The notes: generated from the letters alone by a model not told the origin. Shown: positions 38,647 through 48,618, counted from the stretch's first letter. The stretch is 64,000 nt of DNA from Dysgonamonadaceae bacterium (GCA_031269865.1 JAISYO010000043.1:374-64373), one strand, 5' to 3'. A program made the numbers and translations.

Positions 38647-38868
38647 TTGTGTCCGCAAACCCTAATCCTGCGCACCTTGGGAGAAGACGGACTCGTGAAG
38701 CGGAAAACCTATCCCGAAATCCCGCCGCGGGTGGAATACTCGCTCACGGAAGCAGGACAATCGCTCATTCCCCACATTCAGGGCTTAGTCGATTGGGTGT
38801 TGCAACACAAAATTGAAAATAAAGGGATTCCGCGTCAGGCGTGGAATGACGGCGAACCCTCACATTAG
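38647..38868 (+). pseudogene. C-terminal relic of an HxlR-family transcriptional regulator
   Basis: LRTLGEDGLVKRKTYPEIPPRVEYSLTEAGQSL.P....L..W is the wing/C-terminal half of HxlR. The N-terminal half is missing, and the 3' end reads into a mosaic repeat. Confidence 0.6.
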
Positions 38869-38878
38869 TACATTAGCA
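38824..38878 (-). repeat. Mosaic repeat (copy 5, rc): GCTAATGTACTAATG - GCCGTCATTCC - hairpin - GGAATCCC
   Basis: Plus strand reads GGGATTCCGCGTCAGGCGTGGAATGACGGCGAACCCTCACATTAGTACATTAGCA. Confidence 0.8.
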
Positions 38879-39453
38879 AATTCTTCCTTATTATAGCACC
38901 TTCGACAAAGGGGTTGGTATTCCTGCCTCTCGCCCAGCAACACCTGTTTATCGTTGGGGACGAGGCGAAACGAGTAGTTTGCCAAACGTCCGCAACGGAC
39001 GCAAATGGCGTGAACCTTGCTCACGTCGTCGGCGATGGCGCACAAGCCGGGCATCGGTCCGAAGGGGACACGCCGAAAATCCATATCGAGCCCTGCAACG
39101 ATTACGCGCAAGCCCTGATCGGCAAGCTGTTGACACACGTCCACCAGCCCCTCGTCAAAAAATTGGGCTTCGTCGATGCCCACCACCTCCACCTCGGACG
39201 ACAACAAGAGGATATTGCTCGAATGTTCCACCGAGGTGGAAGGAATGGAATTTTTGTCGTGGGAAACCACCTCCTCTTCGGAATAGCGCACATCGACTGC
39301 CGGCTTGAAAATCTCTACTTTTTGCCGTGCGATTTTCGCCCGTTTCAGGCGGCGCAGCAATTCTTCGGTTTTGCCGGAAAACATCGAACCGCAGATAACC
39401 TCGATGCTGCCGCGCCTTCGCGTTTCTTCTATGTCTTTTTCACTGTAACTCAT
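38860..39453 (-). CDS. tdk: Thymidine kinase
   Basis: 197 aa with P-loop [11 protein letters not shown] and C-terminal Zn-ribbon cysteines. Confidence 0.93.
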   Translation of the reverse strand: MSYSEKDIEETRRRGSIEVICGSMFSGKTEELLRRLKRAKIARQKVEIFKPAVDVRYSEEEVVSHDKNSIPSTSVEHSSNILLLSSEVEVVGIDEAQFFDEGLVDVCQQLADQGLRVIVAGLDMDFRRVPFGPMPGLCAIADDVSKVHAICVRCGRLANYSFRLVPNDKQVLLGERQEYQPLCRRCYNKEEFANVLM

Positions 39454-39480
39454 TCGTTTTCTTCTTTAAGCCGTCCGCCG

Positions 39481-42102
39481 TCAATGTTGTTTTCCTTTTA
39501 CTATTTTCTTGATTTCGTTTAGTTTGTTCAGGGCTTCGATGGGCGTGAGGTTGTTCACGTCGAGCGTGAGGATTTCGTCGCGCACTTGACTCAACACCGG
39601 ATCGTCCAACTGAAAAAAGCTCAGTTGGTAGCCCTCGCGTTTTTCTACAATGTTGTCGATGGGTTTTTTGATGCCTTCCCTACGGTTGTTCGACTCCATT
39701 TCTTTCAAGATGGAATCGGCGCGTCTGGTAATGCTTTGCGGCATTCCAGCCATCTGTGCCACGTGGATACCGAAGCTATGTCCGCTGCCGCCCGGCACGA
39801 GTTTCCGCAGGAAGATGATGCGGTTGTCGATTTCCTTTACCGCCACGTTGTAATTCTTTATCCGCTTGAAGGATTTTTCCATCTCGTTCAGCTCGTGGTA
39901 ATGCGTGGCGAAAAGCGTTTTGGCACGCGCCTTGGGGTGTTCGTGAATGTATTCCACGATAGCCCACGCGATAGAAATGCCGTCGTAGGTGCTTGTGCCG
40001 CGCCCCAGCTCGTCGAAAAGCACCAAACTGCGATTGGAAAGGTTGTTGAGGATATTGGCGGCTTCGTTCATTTCCACCATAAAAGTGGATTCGCCGAGCG
40101 AAATGTTATCCGATGCGCCCACGCGCGTAAAAACCTTGTCCACCCACCCGATTTTCGCCGAGTCCGCAGGGACGAAACACCCTATTTGCGCAAGAATGAC
40201 GATGAGCGCGGTTTGCCGCAGCAACGCCGATTTACCTGCCATATTCGGACCGGTAATGATGACGATCTGCTGTTTTTCGCCGTCGAGATACACGTCGTTG
40301 GCGATAAACGGCTCATCGGGCGGAAGTTGCTTCTCGATAACCGGGTGGCGTCCGTTTTTTATTTCTATCACGTCCGAATCGTTCAATTCGGGGCGGATAT
40401 ATTTGTAGGCACGCGAAACGTTGGCGAAGGACAACAGGCAGTCGGCTCGCGCAACGATATTTGCATTGATCTGAATGGCAGGGATATATTCCATCAGGCT
40501 CTCAACGAGCGCGTTGTAAAGTTGTGTTTCCAACGAAAGGATTTTTTCTTCCGCGCCCAATATCTTGTTTTCGTATTCCTTCAACTCTTCGGTAATGTAG
40601 CGTTCCGCGCCCACCAACGTCTGCTTGCGAACCCAATCTTGTGGCACTTTGTCTTTGTGCGTGTTGCGCACCTCGATGTAATACCCGAAAACGTTGTTGA
40701 AATTGATTCTGAGCGAGGAAATCCCCGTTTTTTCGATTTCGCGTTGTTGAAGGCGTATCAGGTAATCTTTTCCCGAATAGGAGATTTCGCGCAGTTCGTC
40801 CAATTCACTGCTCACGCCCTTGCGGATAATTCCCCCTTTATTGAGCTGCGCGGGCGGATCGGCGACGATTTCCTTTTCTATCCGCCTGCGGATAACCGGG
40901 CAGGTGTTCAACTTCTCGCCCATTTCGCGCAGACTGCCGTTGTCGGAAGCGCGGAAGGCTCTGCCGATGGGTTCGATGGCGGCGAGGGCTACTTTCATCT
41001 GCACCACTTCGCGAGGGGAAATGCGCCCGACGGCGGCTTTCGAGATCAGTCGTTCCAAATCGCCGATGAGCGATATTTTTTCTTCGAGAAGGGTTTTCAG
41101 TTCCGGTTCGCGGAAGAAATTTTCCACCACGTCCAGGCGGCTTTCGACAGCTTTCAGGTCTTTCAGCGGAAACACAATCCATCGGCGAAGCAGCCGCGCC
41201 CCCATCGGCGAGATGGTTTTGTCTATGACGTCGAGCAAAGATTTCCCGCCCTCGTTCATCGTGGACAGCAACTCCAAACTGCGCACCGTGAATTTGTCGA
41301 GGCGCACGTAACGATCTTCCTCGATGCGCCGAAGCGAAAGAATGTGTCCAACGTTTGTGTGTTGCGTGAGATCGAGGTAATACAAAATCGCACCCGAAGC
41401 CACAACCCCCAGCAGCAGGTTGTCCACGCCAAAACCTTTTAGGTTCATCGTCTTAAAATGTTTCAACAGGCGATCGCGGGCAGCATTTTCGGTAAAAACC
41501 CAGTCGTCGAGTTCAAACAAGAGGTAGGACGTCCCGAAATGCTCCTCAAATTTTTTCTTGCTTCCCCTTTCTATCAGGATTTCTTTCGGCGAAAAATTGG
41601 AAAGCAGTTTGTCGATGCTGTCCCGCACACCTTCGGTAGTCAGAAATTCCCCGGTGGAAACGTCGAGGAAGGATACGCCAAACAAGGTGTTGGTAACGGA
41701 ATAAACCGAGCAAAGAAAATTGTTCTCTTTGTGATTGAGAATGTTATCGTTGATGGAAACGCCCGGCGTAACCACCTCGGTAATGCCGCGCTTCACGATT
41801 TTTTTCGTCAGTTTGGGATCTTCCAACTGATCGCAAATCGCCACCCTTTTCCCTGCACGCACCAATTTGGGAAGGTAAGTGTCGAGGGCGTGGTGCGGAA
41901 ACCCTGCCAACTCCACGTGCTGCGCGGAACCGTTTGCGCGGCGCGTGAGTGTGATTCCGAGTATCTCGGACGCAACAATGGCGTCGTCCGAAAAAGTTTC
42001 ATAGAAATCGCCCACCCGAAACAACAAAACGGCATCGGGGTGCTGCCTTTTTATCTCGCAGTACTGCTTCATCAACGGCGTTTCTACAATATCTTTGCTC
42101 AC
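39481..42102 (-). CDS. mutS: DNA mismatch repair protein MutS
   Basis: 873 aa with Walker A GPNMAGKS and the block [12 protein letters not shown]. Confidence 0.97.
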   Translation of the reverse strand: MSKDIVETPLMKQYCEIKRQHPDAVLLFRVGDFYETFSDDAIVASEILGITLTRRANGSAQHVELAGFPHHALDTYLPKLVRAGKRVAICDQLEDPKLTKKIVKRGITEVVTPGVSINDNILNHKENNFLCSVYSVTNTLFGVSFLDVSTGEFLTTEGVRDSIDKLLSNFSPKEILIERGSKKKFEEHFGTSYLLFELDDWVFTENAARDRLLKHFKTMNLKGFGVDNLLLGVVASGAILYYLDLTQHTNVGHILSLRRIEEDRYVRLDKFTVRSLELLSTMNEGGKSLLDVIDKTISPMGARLLRRWIVFPLKDLKAVESRLDVVENFFREPELKTLLEEKISLIGDLERLISKAAVGRISPREVVQMKVALAAIEPIGRAFRASDNGSLREMGEKLNTCPVIRRRIEKEIVADPPAQLNKGGIIRKGVSSELDELREISYSGKDYLIRLQQREIEKTGISSLRINFNNVFGYYIEVRNTHKDKVPQDWVRKQTLVGAERYITEELKEYENKILGAEEKILSLETQLYNALVESLMEYIPAIQINANIVARADCLLSFANVSRAYKYIRPELNDSDVIEIKNGRHPVIEKQLPPDEPFIANDVYLDGEKQQIVIITGPNMAGKSALLRQTALIVILAQIGCFVPADSAKIGWVDKVFTRVGASDNISLGESTFMVEMNEAANILNNLSNRSLVLFDELGRGTSTYDGISIAWAIVEYIHEHPKARAKTLFATHYHELNEMEKSFKRIKNYNVAVKEIDNRIIFLRKLVPGGSGHSFGIHVAQMAGMPQSITRRADSILKEMESNNRREGIKKPIDNIVEKREGYQLSFFQLDDPVLSQVRDEILTLDVNNLTPIEALNKLNEIKKIVKGKQH

Positions 42103-42136
42103 GTCCTTACTCCTTATCTTTTAAAAAAATGAACAA

Positions 42137-42144
42137 CAAAGATA
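42137..42144 (-). promoter_or_regulatory. -7 box TATCTTTG for mutS
   Basis: Plus strand reads CAAAGATA, 35 nt upstream of the ATG at 42102. Confidence 0.5.
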
Positions 42145-42350
42145 AAAAAAGAATGAGAACCGATTGAAATTTTAACGAATTATTTTTTTTTCTGAACGCA
42201 GATGATGCAGATAGCACAGATTTTTTTTTTATTTTGTCCTTTTGTCTTTTCATCCTTTCAAAACCCGTATTTCCCCAAGCACCCTTGGCAGCCAAAAACG
42301 GCACACACAAAATCGCCCTTATTTTCCATTCCCCCTTTGTTGGGGCTTTG

Positions 42351-42420
42351 GGAGGAACGGAACGGAATGACGGCACGCATTTCCATTAGCACATTGACAT
42401 ATTGGCAAATTAGCACATTA
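42351..42420 (-). repeat. Mosaic repeat (copy 6, rc): two GTGCTAAT boxes - ATGGAAATGCGTGCCGTCATTCCGTTCC
   Basis: The minus strand reads AATGTGCTAATGGAAATG. It shares the 16-mer AATGTGCTAATGGAAA with the start of the four-helix-bundle pseudogene at 57141. Confidence 0.8.
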
Positions 42421-42430
42421 TCCCCCCCTC

Positions 42431-43126
42431 TCAATTCTCAATTCTTAATTTCCCTCTCAATTCCTTCACGCCTTCCGACGCGCCTTTGCGAATGAAAAAA
42501 ACGTCCTTGCGCGAGGTGCTAACCTCTTTCGGATCAATCAGATAAATGGGAATGTCTCTCGGCACGTAATTGATCAATCCGGCGGCGGGATACACGTTCA
42601 GGGACGTGCCGATGACGACGAAAACGTCCGCCAGCCGTGCCACTTCCACTGCCTCGTCGAACATCGGCACGGCTTCGCCGAACCAGACAATGTGCGGACG
42701 CAACTGAAAACCCTTTTCGCATTTGTCGCCCCATTTCACTTCGTAATTTTCGGGGGACAATTCGTAAACCAGCGACTCGTCGCCCGTGGAACGCACTTTT
42801 GTCAGCTCGCCGTGCAGGTGCAAAACCTGCGAACTTCCGGCGCGTTCGTGCAGGTTGTCCACGTTTTGCGTGATGATGCGCAGCTCGAAATCTTTTTCGA
42901 GCGCAGCCAGACCGAGGTGTCCCTCGTTAGGCTTCACGTCCAACAGCTGTTTGCGGCGCGTGTTGTAGAATTCCAACACCAATTGCGGGTTCGCCGCGAA
43001 ACCTTCGGGCGTGGCAACCTGTTCAACCGGATATTTGTCCCACAACCCGCCCGAATCGCGGAAGGTGGAAATCCCGCTTTCGGCACTCATTCCTGCGCCC
43101 GTAAGCACAACCAATCGTCTTTTCAT
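42431..43126 (-). CDS. cobB: NAD-dependent protein deacylase (Sir2/CobB family)
   Basis: 231 aa with blocks GAGMSAESGISTFR, QNVDNLHERAG and LHGEL. The last codons (..LRIEN*) are encoded by a word tract. Confidence 0.88.
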   Translation of the reverse strand: MKRRLVVLTGAGMSAESGISTFRDSGGLWDKYPVEQVATPEGFAANPQLVLEFYNTRRKQLLDVKPNEGHLGLAALEKDFELRIITQNVDNLHERAGSSQVLHLHGELTKVRSTGDESLVYELSPENYEVKWGDKCEKGFQLRPHIVWFGEAVPMFDEAVEVARLADVFVVIGTSLNVYPAAGLINYVPRDIPIYLIDPKEVSTSRKDVFFIRKGASEGVKELRGKLRIEN

Positions 43127-43213
43127 TGTCTTTTCCTCCGTCTTTTAATCTTGTTTTCACAACAAATTTACTTTTTTATTATATAAAAGTGAGGTTTATT
43201 CGCAAGAAAATAG

Positions 43214-43221
43214 TACTTTTG
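43214..43221 (+). promoter_or_regulatory. -7 box TACTTTTG for the FKBP pair
   Basis: 66 nt upstream of the ATG at 43287. Confidence 0.45.
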
Positions 43222-43286
43222 TCAGCATTTATTTAAAGATTAGCCCGTAACATAGCGGGCGCCATTCAAAAAAAAGAAAAAAGTAG

Positions 43287-43871
43287 ATGGACAAATTAAG
43301 TTACGCCTTGGGAATGAGCTTGGCTTACAACCTCGTTCAATCTGGCATCAAAGACATTGACATAGAATCGTTTACCAAAGCGTTTTCGGCTGTCGTGGGC
43401 AATGCCAATCCCGATATGAGCACCCAAGAAGCCAACCAAACCATACAAGCCTATTTCAGCCAAAAGCAGGGAACGGCATCGACAAAAAACAAGGCGGAAG
43501 GAGAAGCCTTCCTCGCGCAAAACAAGACGAAAGAAGGCGTTATCGTCCTGCCGAGCGGCTTGCAATACGAGATATTGAAGGAAGGCACGGGTCCGAAACC
43601 GAAAGCTACCGATCGTGTAAAAACGCATTACCACGGCACGCTGATCGACGGAACCGTGTTCGACAGCTCGGTGCAGCGGGGGCAACCCTCCACTTTCGGC
43701 GTGAACCAAGTCATCAAAGGTTGGGTGGAAGCCCTGCAACTGATGCCGTTAGGCTCGAAATGGCGGCTCTATATCCCTTCGGATTTGGCTTACGGCTCGC
43801 AAGGGGCAGGCGGCAGCATAGAGCCTGACTCGGCTTTGATTTTCGACATCGAACTTCTTGGAATTGAGTAA
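43287..43871 (+). CDS. FKBP-type peptidyl-prolyl cis-trans isomerase (FklB-like)
   Basis: 194 aa with HYHGTLIDGTVFDSS and a C-terminal LIFDIELL block. Confidence 0.85.
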   Translation: MDKLSYALGMSLAYNLVQSGIKDIDIESFTKAFSAVVGNANPDMSTQEANQTIQAYFSQKQGTASTKNKAEGEAFLAQNKTKEGVIVLPSGLQYEILKEGTGPKPKATDRVKTHYHGTLIDGTVFDSSVQRGQPSTFGVNQVIKGWVEALQLMPLGSKWRLYIPSDLAYGSQGAGGSIEPDSALIFDIELLGIE

Positions 43872-43934
43872 AAAGAACTTAGAACATTAACAAATAAATT
43901 TCATTTTTTAAAAACAATTATTTATTCAACAAGT

Positions 43935-44960
43935 ATGAAAAAGAATGGTCTTTACGCACTCGCTGCGTTACTAATCGGGGGCTTGGCATTCGTGTCCTGC
44001 ACCGGAAGCTCTGCTCCGGCAACGTCCCTCAAAAATTCGGTGGACAGCCTTTCTTACGCCTGCGGCGTGAATGTGGTTAACGAGGTTGGCTTACTGCAAT
44101 ACCTCGAACAATCAGGCGTATTGGAAAGCGCCTCGAACATTGATTACGAATACCAAATGAAAATCGCCGTTGCCGATTCCACTCAAAAAACCGCGTTGGA
44201 AAAAGAATACAAGGCGAAATTGGATTCGGTAAACAAAATCAACGCCCCTAAATTGGACGGGTTTATCAAAGGCTTGAAAAAGGCATTCGCAACAAGCGGC
44301 GAAGGAAACGAATCCTACCTGCAAGGGTTGGGTGTCGGACAACAAATCTCGAAAGGAATGTTGCCCCAAATCACTTCCGTCATATTCGGTAACGACTCAA
44401 CGAAGAAAGTCAATACCAATCAATTTCTCGCCGGACTGATCGGCTCGTTGAAAAACGGCAAGTTGGCAATTGAAAAAACCGACGCGAACGAACTCGTTCA
44501 AACGGCAGCCACTGCTGCGCAGGAAGCCGCCCAAAAGAAACAGGAAGAGGAACTTAAAGTTCAGTACAAAGATTCCATCGCCGCCAGCGAAGCTTTCTTG
44601 GCTGAAAACGCGAAACGCCCGGGCGTAACGGTTACGGAAAGCGGTTTGCAATACGAAATCCTCAAAAAAGGCAACGGTCCTATCCCCACAGACACTGATC
44701 AAGTGGAAGTGGATTATCACGGCACTTTGCTCAACGGCACCGTGTTCGACAGCTCAGTGAAAAGTGGACAACCCGCCACCTTCGGCGTAACCCAAGTGAT
44801 AAAAGGTTGGACGGAAGCCCTGAAATTGATGCCGGTAGGCTCGAAATGGAAACTCTATATCCCCTACGATTTGGCTTACGGCACACAAGACGGGGGACTC
44901 ATCAAACCCTTCTCTACACTTGTTTTCGAAGTGGAACTGAAAAGCATCGTGAAGAAATAA
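43935..44960 (+). CDS. FKBP-type peptidyl-prolyl isomerase, lipoprotein with a long N-terminal domain (Mip/FkpA-like)
   Basis: 341 aa with lipobox FVSCT and C-terminal blocks DYHGTLLNGTVFDSS and LVFEVEL. Confidence 0.8.
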   Translation: MKKNGLYALAALLIGGLAFVSCTGSSAPATSLKNSVDSLSYACGVNVVNEVGLLQYLEQSGVLESASNIDYEYQMKIAVADSTQKTALEKEYKAKLDSVNKINAPKLDGFIKGLKKAFATSGEGNESYLQGLGVGQQISKGMLPQITSVIFGNDSTKKVNTNQFLAGLIGSLKNGKLAIEKTDANELVQTAATAAQEAAQKKQEEELKVQYKDSIAASEAFLAENAKRPGVTVTESGLQYEILKKGNGPIPTDTDQVEVDYHGTLLNGTVFDSSVKSGQPATFGVTQVIKGWTEALKLMPVGSKWKLYIPYDLAYGTQDGGLIKPFSTLVFEVELKSIVKK

Positions 44961-45032
44961 AGCGTCAATCGTCAAGGATTGATAAAAAGAGGCGGCTTTT
45001 GAATAGAGCCGCCTATTTTTTTTGACGGAAAA
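44948..45032 (+). repeat. 85-bp direct repeat, left copy (last codons of the FKBP gene plus an intrinsic terminator GAGGCGGCT-N9-AGCCGCCT-T8)
   Basis: 81/85 positions are identical to 47432-47516 by my manual alignment. Confidence 0.85.
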
Positions 45033-45035
45033 TAT

Positions 45036-45101
45036 TGCTGGCGCAAGTTTGTAACTTGTGCCTATTTTTGTACAGGCACGGCTTGCAAAGCCGCGCCAGC
45101 A
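45036..45101. repeat. Cloverleaf-like multi-hairpin element (closing stem TGCTGGCGC/GCGCCAGCA enclosing three hairpins)
   Basis: Inner hairpins are AAGTT-TGT-AACTT, TGCCT-N10-AGGCA and CGGCTT-GCA-AAGCCG. A related GCAAGGTTGCAACTTGTGCCTG lies at about 6510-6535. Confidence 0.6.
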
Positions 45102-45197
45102 GCACGAATATTGGCTTTTTGCTCTGAAATCGAAGGAATTGTCGGGTCAGATTGCATTTTTTTTTATAAAAAAACGATGGATTTCAAATTTATAATT

Positions 45198-45205
45198 TAT
45201 CTTTG
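45198..45205 (+). promoter_or_regulatory. -7 box TATCTTTG upstream of the second FISUMP gene
   Basis: 197 nt upstream of the ATG at 45402. The presumed 5' UTR contains the 45253-45337 repeat. Confidence 0.4.
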
Positions 45206-45252
45206 CTATCAATATGAAATAAAATATAACCGTAACATCATGGGCGATGAAA

Positions 45253-45337
45253 TAAGAAACTGTTTAAATTTTAACGAAATGTTTTATTAAAAGTATTCTC
45301 AGCTACTTTTTTCTGCTCTTTTAAGCGTCTTTTTTAC
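45253..45337 (+). repeat. Second copy of the ~95-bp repeat seen at 27912-28005
   Basis: The first 26 nt are identical and the last ~45 nt nearly identical. One internal indel separates them. Confidence 0.75.
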
Positions 45338-45401
45338 TATGAACGTTCCAAATGGACTGAAAATAGATCCTAATCCAATATTAATTTAAAACGACAAGAC
45401 A

Positions 45402-47444
45402 ATGAAAAAATGGTTTGAAACTTTCAACAAAACAGTTTGCCTGCTGCTCGTGGCTGGTTTGGCAAGCGCGGCGTTTTCTTCGTGTTCGAAGGACGAAGGA
45501 AACGACAATGGGAATCCCGACGGCGATATTCCGCCAGCGGTAGTGAATATGCAATCCGCCGCCGTCAGCGGCACGGTTTTCGATGTCGATGGCAACCCGC
45601 TTGACGGCGTGGCGGTTACTTCCGGCACGGCAAGCGCCACCACGGTGGGCGACGGCACTTTTTCGCTCAGCCAGGTAAACACGCAGTTGGGACGCGCCGT
45701 CCTGAAATTCGAGAAAGACGGCTATTTCACGCTTGTTCGCGCCAACGTCAAAAATAGCGACATGTACGTGGAAGTCGTTTTGAAACAGAAGGACAACAGC
45801 AACACAAGCTCGCAGTCCACATTCGATGCGGCTTCCGCCAAGACACTTTCCGTGGGTGGCATGAAAGTGAACGTTCCCGCCTCGGCGTTCGTGCGCGAGG
45901 ACGGCACGGCGTATTCCGGCACGGTAAATGCCGATATGTTCTACTTGGATCCGAAAGACGAGCAGTTTGCGGAAATGATGCCGGGCGGCGATTTGTCGGG
46001 ACTGCGCAGCAACAACACCGAGGCGCAACTGATTTCCTACGGCATGACGGACGTGATATTTACCGACGACGCCGGCAGGCGGCTGCAACTCGCGTCCGGC
46101 AAGGAATCGGAACTCACTTTTCCCATTCCGGCGGGAATGACCGGCAACGCGCCCGAAACCATGCCGCTGTGGTCTTTCGACGAAGAGCGGGGCATTTGGC
46201 GAGAGGAAGGTACGGCAACCAAATCGGGCAATGTGTATGTCGGCAAAGTGAAACATTTCTCGTGGGTAAATCTGGACTATCCCGAAAGGCTGGTAAAAAT
46301 CAAAGGAAAAGTTACCGACTGCCAAAACAAGCCGGTAGCCTACGTACAAATAACTGCCGAACAGACTGACGATAAAAACAACGGTACGGTGGCTTTTACC
46401 TACATCAACGGCGAATACATCCTCTATGTACCGACAAATACTGCGGTTACAGTCTCAATAAAAAGCGAGGACTATTGGGGTTACACACCTGAAATTTCAT
46501 ACAATATAGCGGCTCAGTCGGCGGAGACGACGATTACCCAAAATTTCAGCCTGCCATGCGCTGTAACCGTCAATGGCAAAGTTACCGATTGCGCCGATGT
46601 TCCCATTGCGCATATCAGGATAGACATAGAGCAGCAGGGGAAAGCACCCCGTTCCGTTTACGCCAACGCTAACGGGGAATATACGGCAAAGGCACTTACC
46701 AATATCCCGGTTACCCTTTCGGTAACGTCCTACTTTTACGGAAATAAATCCCATACGATTCCGGGCCAAAGCGAAAATTCGGTTGTTACGCAAGATTTCA
46801 AGATGAACTGCTACTATCAGCAAGGCTACGAAGGCGTAGTTATCAACGGCGTTACGTGGGCACCCTGCAACGTGGGTTCGCCCGGCACTTTTGCCAAATC
46901 GCCCGAAAAAGTCGGGATGTTTTACCAATGGAACAGCAAGCTGGGCGGGACATACAGCGATGGTTCCTTCGTCAATTCCGATGGCGGTGATAATTGGGAC
47001 GGCTATTCAGGTTCAACCGACGCGGAATGGACTGCCGCCAACGATCCTTCTCCTGAGGGTTGGCGCGTGCCAACGGATGACGAGCTGGGAACATTGCTCG
47101 ATGCCGAAAAAGTTAGCGCCGAATGGACTACCCTGAACGGCGTGATCGGCAGATCCTTTACCGACAAGGCAAGCGGCGCTTCCATCTTTTTGCCCGCTGC
47201 CGGCTGGATATGGATATACGATGATGGGTTACAAAATGTCGATGTCGATTGGGGAGGATACTATTGGAGTGGTACTGTTGATGCTAACGGAGGAGGCGTG
47301 GTCGTCACGGATAACAGTAAAACACGCGCTACTACGTGGAGAGACGGTTCCTACGCTTTCGGACTGTGCTTCAACAGCGAGGACACGTACAAATATAGTA
47401 ATTCCACCATCTACGGGTGTTCCGTCCGTAGCGTGAGGAAATAA
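45402..47444 (+). CDS. Large surface lipoprotein: repeated carboxypeptidase-regulatory-like (CarboxypepD_reg) beta-sandwich domains plus a C-terminal FISUMP domain
   Basis: 680 aa with lipobox FSSCS. There are several G-V-V-D..G.P-like repeats (SGTVFDVDGNPLDGV, KGKVTDCQNKPVA, NGKVTDCADVPIA). C-terminal blocks are FYQWN, EGWRVPT..EL, FLPAAG, YYWS and SVRSV. Confidence 0.75.
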   Translation: MKKWFETFNKTVCLLLVAGLASAAFSSCSKDEGNDNGNPDGDIPPAVVNMQSAAVSGTVFDVDGNPLDGVAVTSGTASATTVGDGTFSLSQVNTQLGRAVLKFEKDGYFTLVRANVKNSDMYVEVVLKQKDNSNTSSQSTFDAASAKTLSVGGMKVNVPASAFVREDGTAYSGTVNADMFYLDPKDEQFAEMMPGGDLSGLRSNNTEAQLISYGMTDVIFTDDAGRRLQLASGKESELTFPIPAGMTGNAPETMPLWSFDEERGIWREEGTATKSGNVYVGKVKHFSWVNLDYPERLVKIKGKVTDCQNKPVAYVQITAEQTDDKNNGTVAFTYINGEYILYVPTNTAVTVSIKSEDYWGYTPEISYNIAAQSAETTITQNFSLPCAVTVNGKVTDCADVPIAHIRIDIEQQGKAPRSVYANANGEYTAKALTNIPVTLSVTSYFYGNKSHTIPGQSENSVVTQDFKMNCYYQQGYEGVVINGVTWAPCNVGSPGTFAKSPEKVGMFYQWNSKLGGTYSDGSFVNSDGGDNWDGYSGSTDAEWTAANDPSPEGWRVPTDDELGTLLDAEKVSAEWTTLNGVIGRSFTDKASGASIFLPAAGWIWIYDDGLQNVDVDWGGYYWSGTVDANGGGVVVTDNSKTRATTWRDGSYAFGLCFNSEDTYKYSNSTIYGCSVRSVRK

Positions 47445-47516
47445 ACCGTCAATCGTCAAGGATTGATAAAAAGAGGCGGCTTTTGAATAGAGCCGTCTCT
47501 TTTTTTTGACGGAAAA
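47432..47516 (+). repeat. 85-bp direct repeat, right copy (last codons of the FISUMP gene plus the same terminator)
   Basis: 81/85 positions are identical to 44948-45032. Confidence 0.85.
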
Positions 47517-47552
47517 ACAACAAAGACGGTGCACGGCATCGTCTTTGTTGTT
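47516..47552. terminator. Bidirectional intrinsic terminator between the FISUMP gene and ilvC
   Basis: Perfect 13-bp stem AACAACAAAGACG/CGTCTTTGTTGTT, with T-runs following on both strands. Confidence 0.7.
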
Positions 47553-47571
47553 TTTCGGGATTCTTATCCCA

Positions 47572-48618
47572 TCAATTATTTTCTGGACGCAATTTGCGAA
47601 CCACCGCCCCGGTCTGCCACATTTCGCTGTCGTGCAGGATTTTCAGCTCGGCTTCGAGCTTCACTCGGTAATCGGGTTGCGAGTTGGAATCAATGGAACG
47701 TTGCGCCTCGTTGCCGCAAGCCACTTCTGCGTAGAGTTTTTCAAAAACAGGCTTTGTGGCATCGTGGAAAGGTACCATCCAGTCGAGCGCACCGCGTTGA
47801 GCGGTAGTCGAGCAGTTGGCATACATCCAGTCCATACCGTTGGCTGCGAACAGCGGTCCGAGCGATTGCGTGAGTTCTTCCACCGTTTCGTTGAAGGCTT
47901 CCGAAGGCGAGTGTCCGTTTTCGCGCAGCACTTCGTATTGTGCCAACAACAAACCTTGAATCGCGCCCATCAGCGTACCGCGCTCGCCGGTCAAGTCGGA
48001 ATAAACCTCGCGTTTGAAAGTAGTTTCGAACAAATAGCCCGAACCAACGCCGATGCCCAAGGCGATAACGCGCTCTTTTGCCTTTCCGGTTGCGTCTTGG
48101 AAAATCGCGTAACTTGAATTTAAACCCCTGTTTTCGAGAAACATCGTGCGAAGACTCGTACCCGAACCTTTCGGCGCGATAAGGATTACGTCCACATCGG
48201 ACGGGGGGACAATCCCAGTGCGTTCTTTGAAGGTAATGCCGAAGCCGTGCGAAAAATAGAGCGCCTTGCCTGCCGTCAGGTGTTTTTTCACGGTTTCCCA
48301 AAGGGCGATCTGCGCCGCATCGGACAACAGATATTGAATAACCGTGCCGCGCTTGCAAGCCTCTTCGATTTCGAAAAGCGTTTCGCCCGGCACCCAACCG
48401 TCGGCGACGGCTTTGTCCCAGGTCTTGCTGTCTTTGCGCTGCCCGACGATCACGTTGAAACCGTTATCGCGCAGGTTGAGCGACTGCCCCGGACCTTGCA
48501 CACCGTAACCGATAACGGCTATCGTTTCGTTTTTAAGCACTTCACGCGCCTTACTCAAAGGAAATTCATCGCGGGTAACAACGTTTTCTTCTACCCCGCC
48601 AAAATTCATTTTTGCCAT
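47572..48618 (-). CDS. ilvC: Ketol-acid reductoisomerase
   Basis: 348 aa with the Rossmann block IGYGVQGPGQSLNLRDNG. Confidence 0.95.
   Translation of the reverse strand: MAKMNFGGVEENVVTRDEFPLSKAREVLKNETIAVIGYGVQGPGQSLNLRDNGFNVIVGQRKDSKTWDKAVADGWVPGETLFEIEEACKRGTVIQYLLSDAAQIALWETVKKHLTAGKALYFSHGFGITFKERTGIVPPSDVDVILIAPKGSGTSLRTMFLENRGLNSSYAIFQDATGKAKERVIALGIGVGSGYLFETTFKREVYSDLTGERGTLMGAIQGLLLAQYEVLRENGHSPSEAFNETVEELTQSLGPLFAANGMDWMYANCSTTAQRGALDWMVPFHDATKPVFEKLYAEVACGNEAQRSIDSNSQPDYRVKLEAELKILHDSEMWQTGAVVRKLRPENN

Noticed and set aside
45036-45101. Possible tRNA or tRNA-like gene (cloverleaf outline)
   Set aside because: The arm and loop sizes do not fit tRNA geometry. There is no GTTC/T-loop, no 7-nt anticodon loop, no conserved D-loop, and no discriminator or CCA context.
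45381-46349. 322-aa ORF on the minus strand, antisense to the large FISUMP lipoprotein gene
   Set aside because: It is fully embedded in a plus-strand gene with a clear lipoprotein signal and domain structure. Its Arg/His/Gly-rich composition is typical of shadow ORFs, and it has no start context or recognisable motifs.
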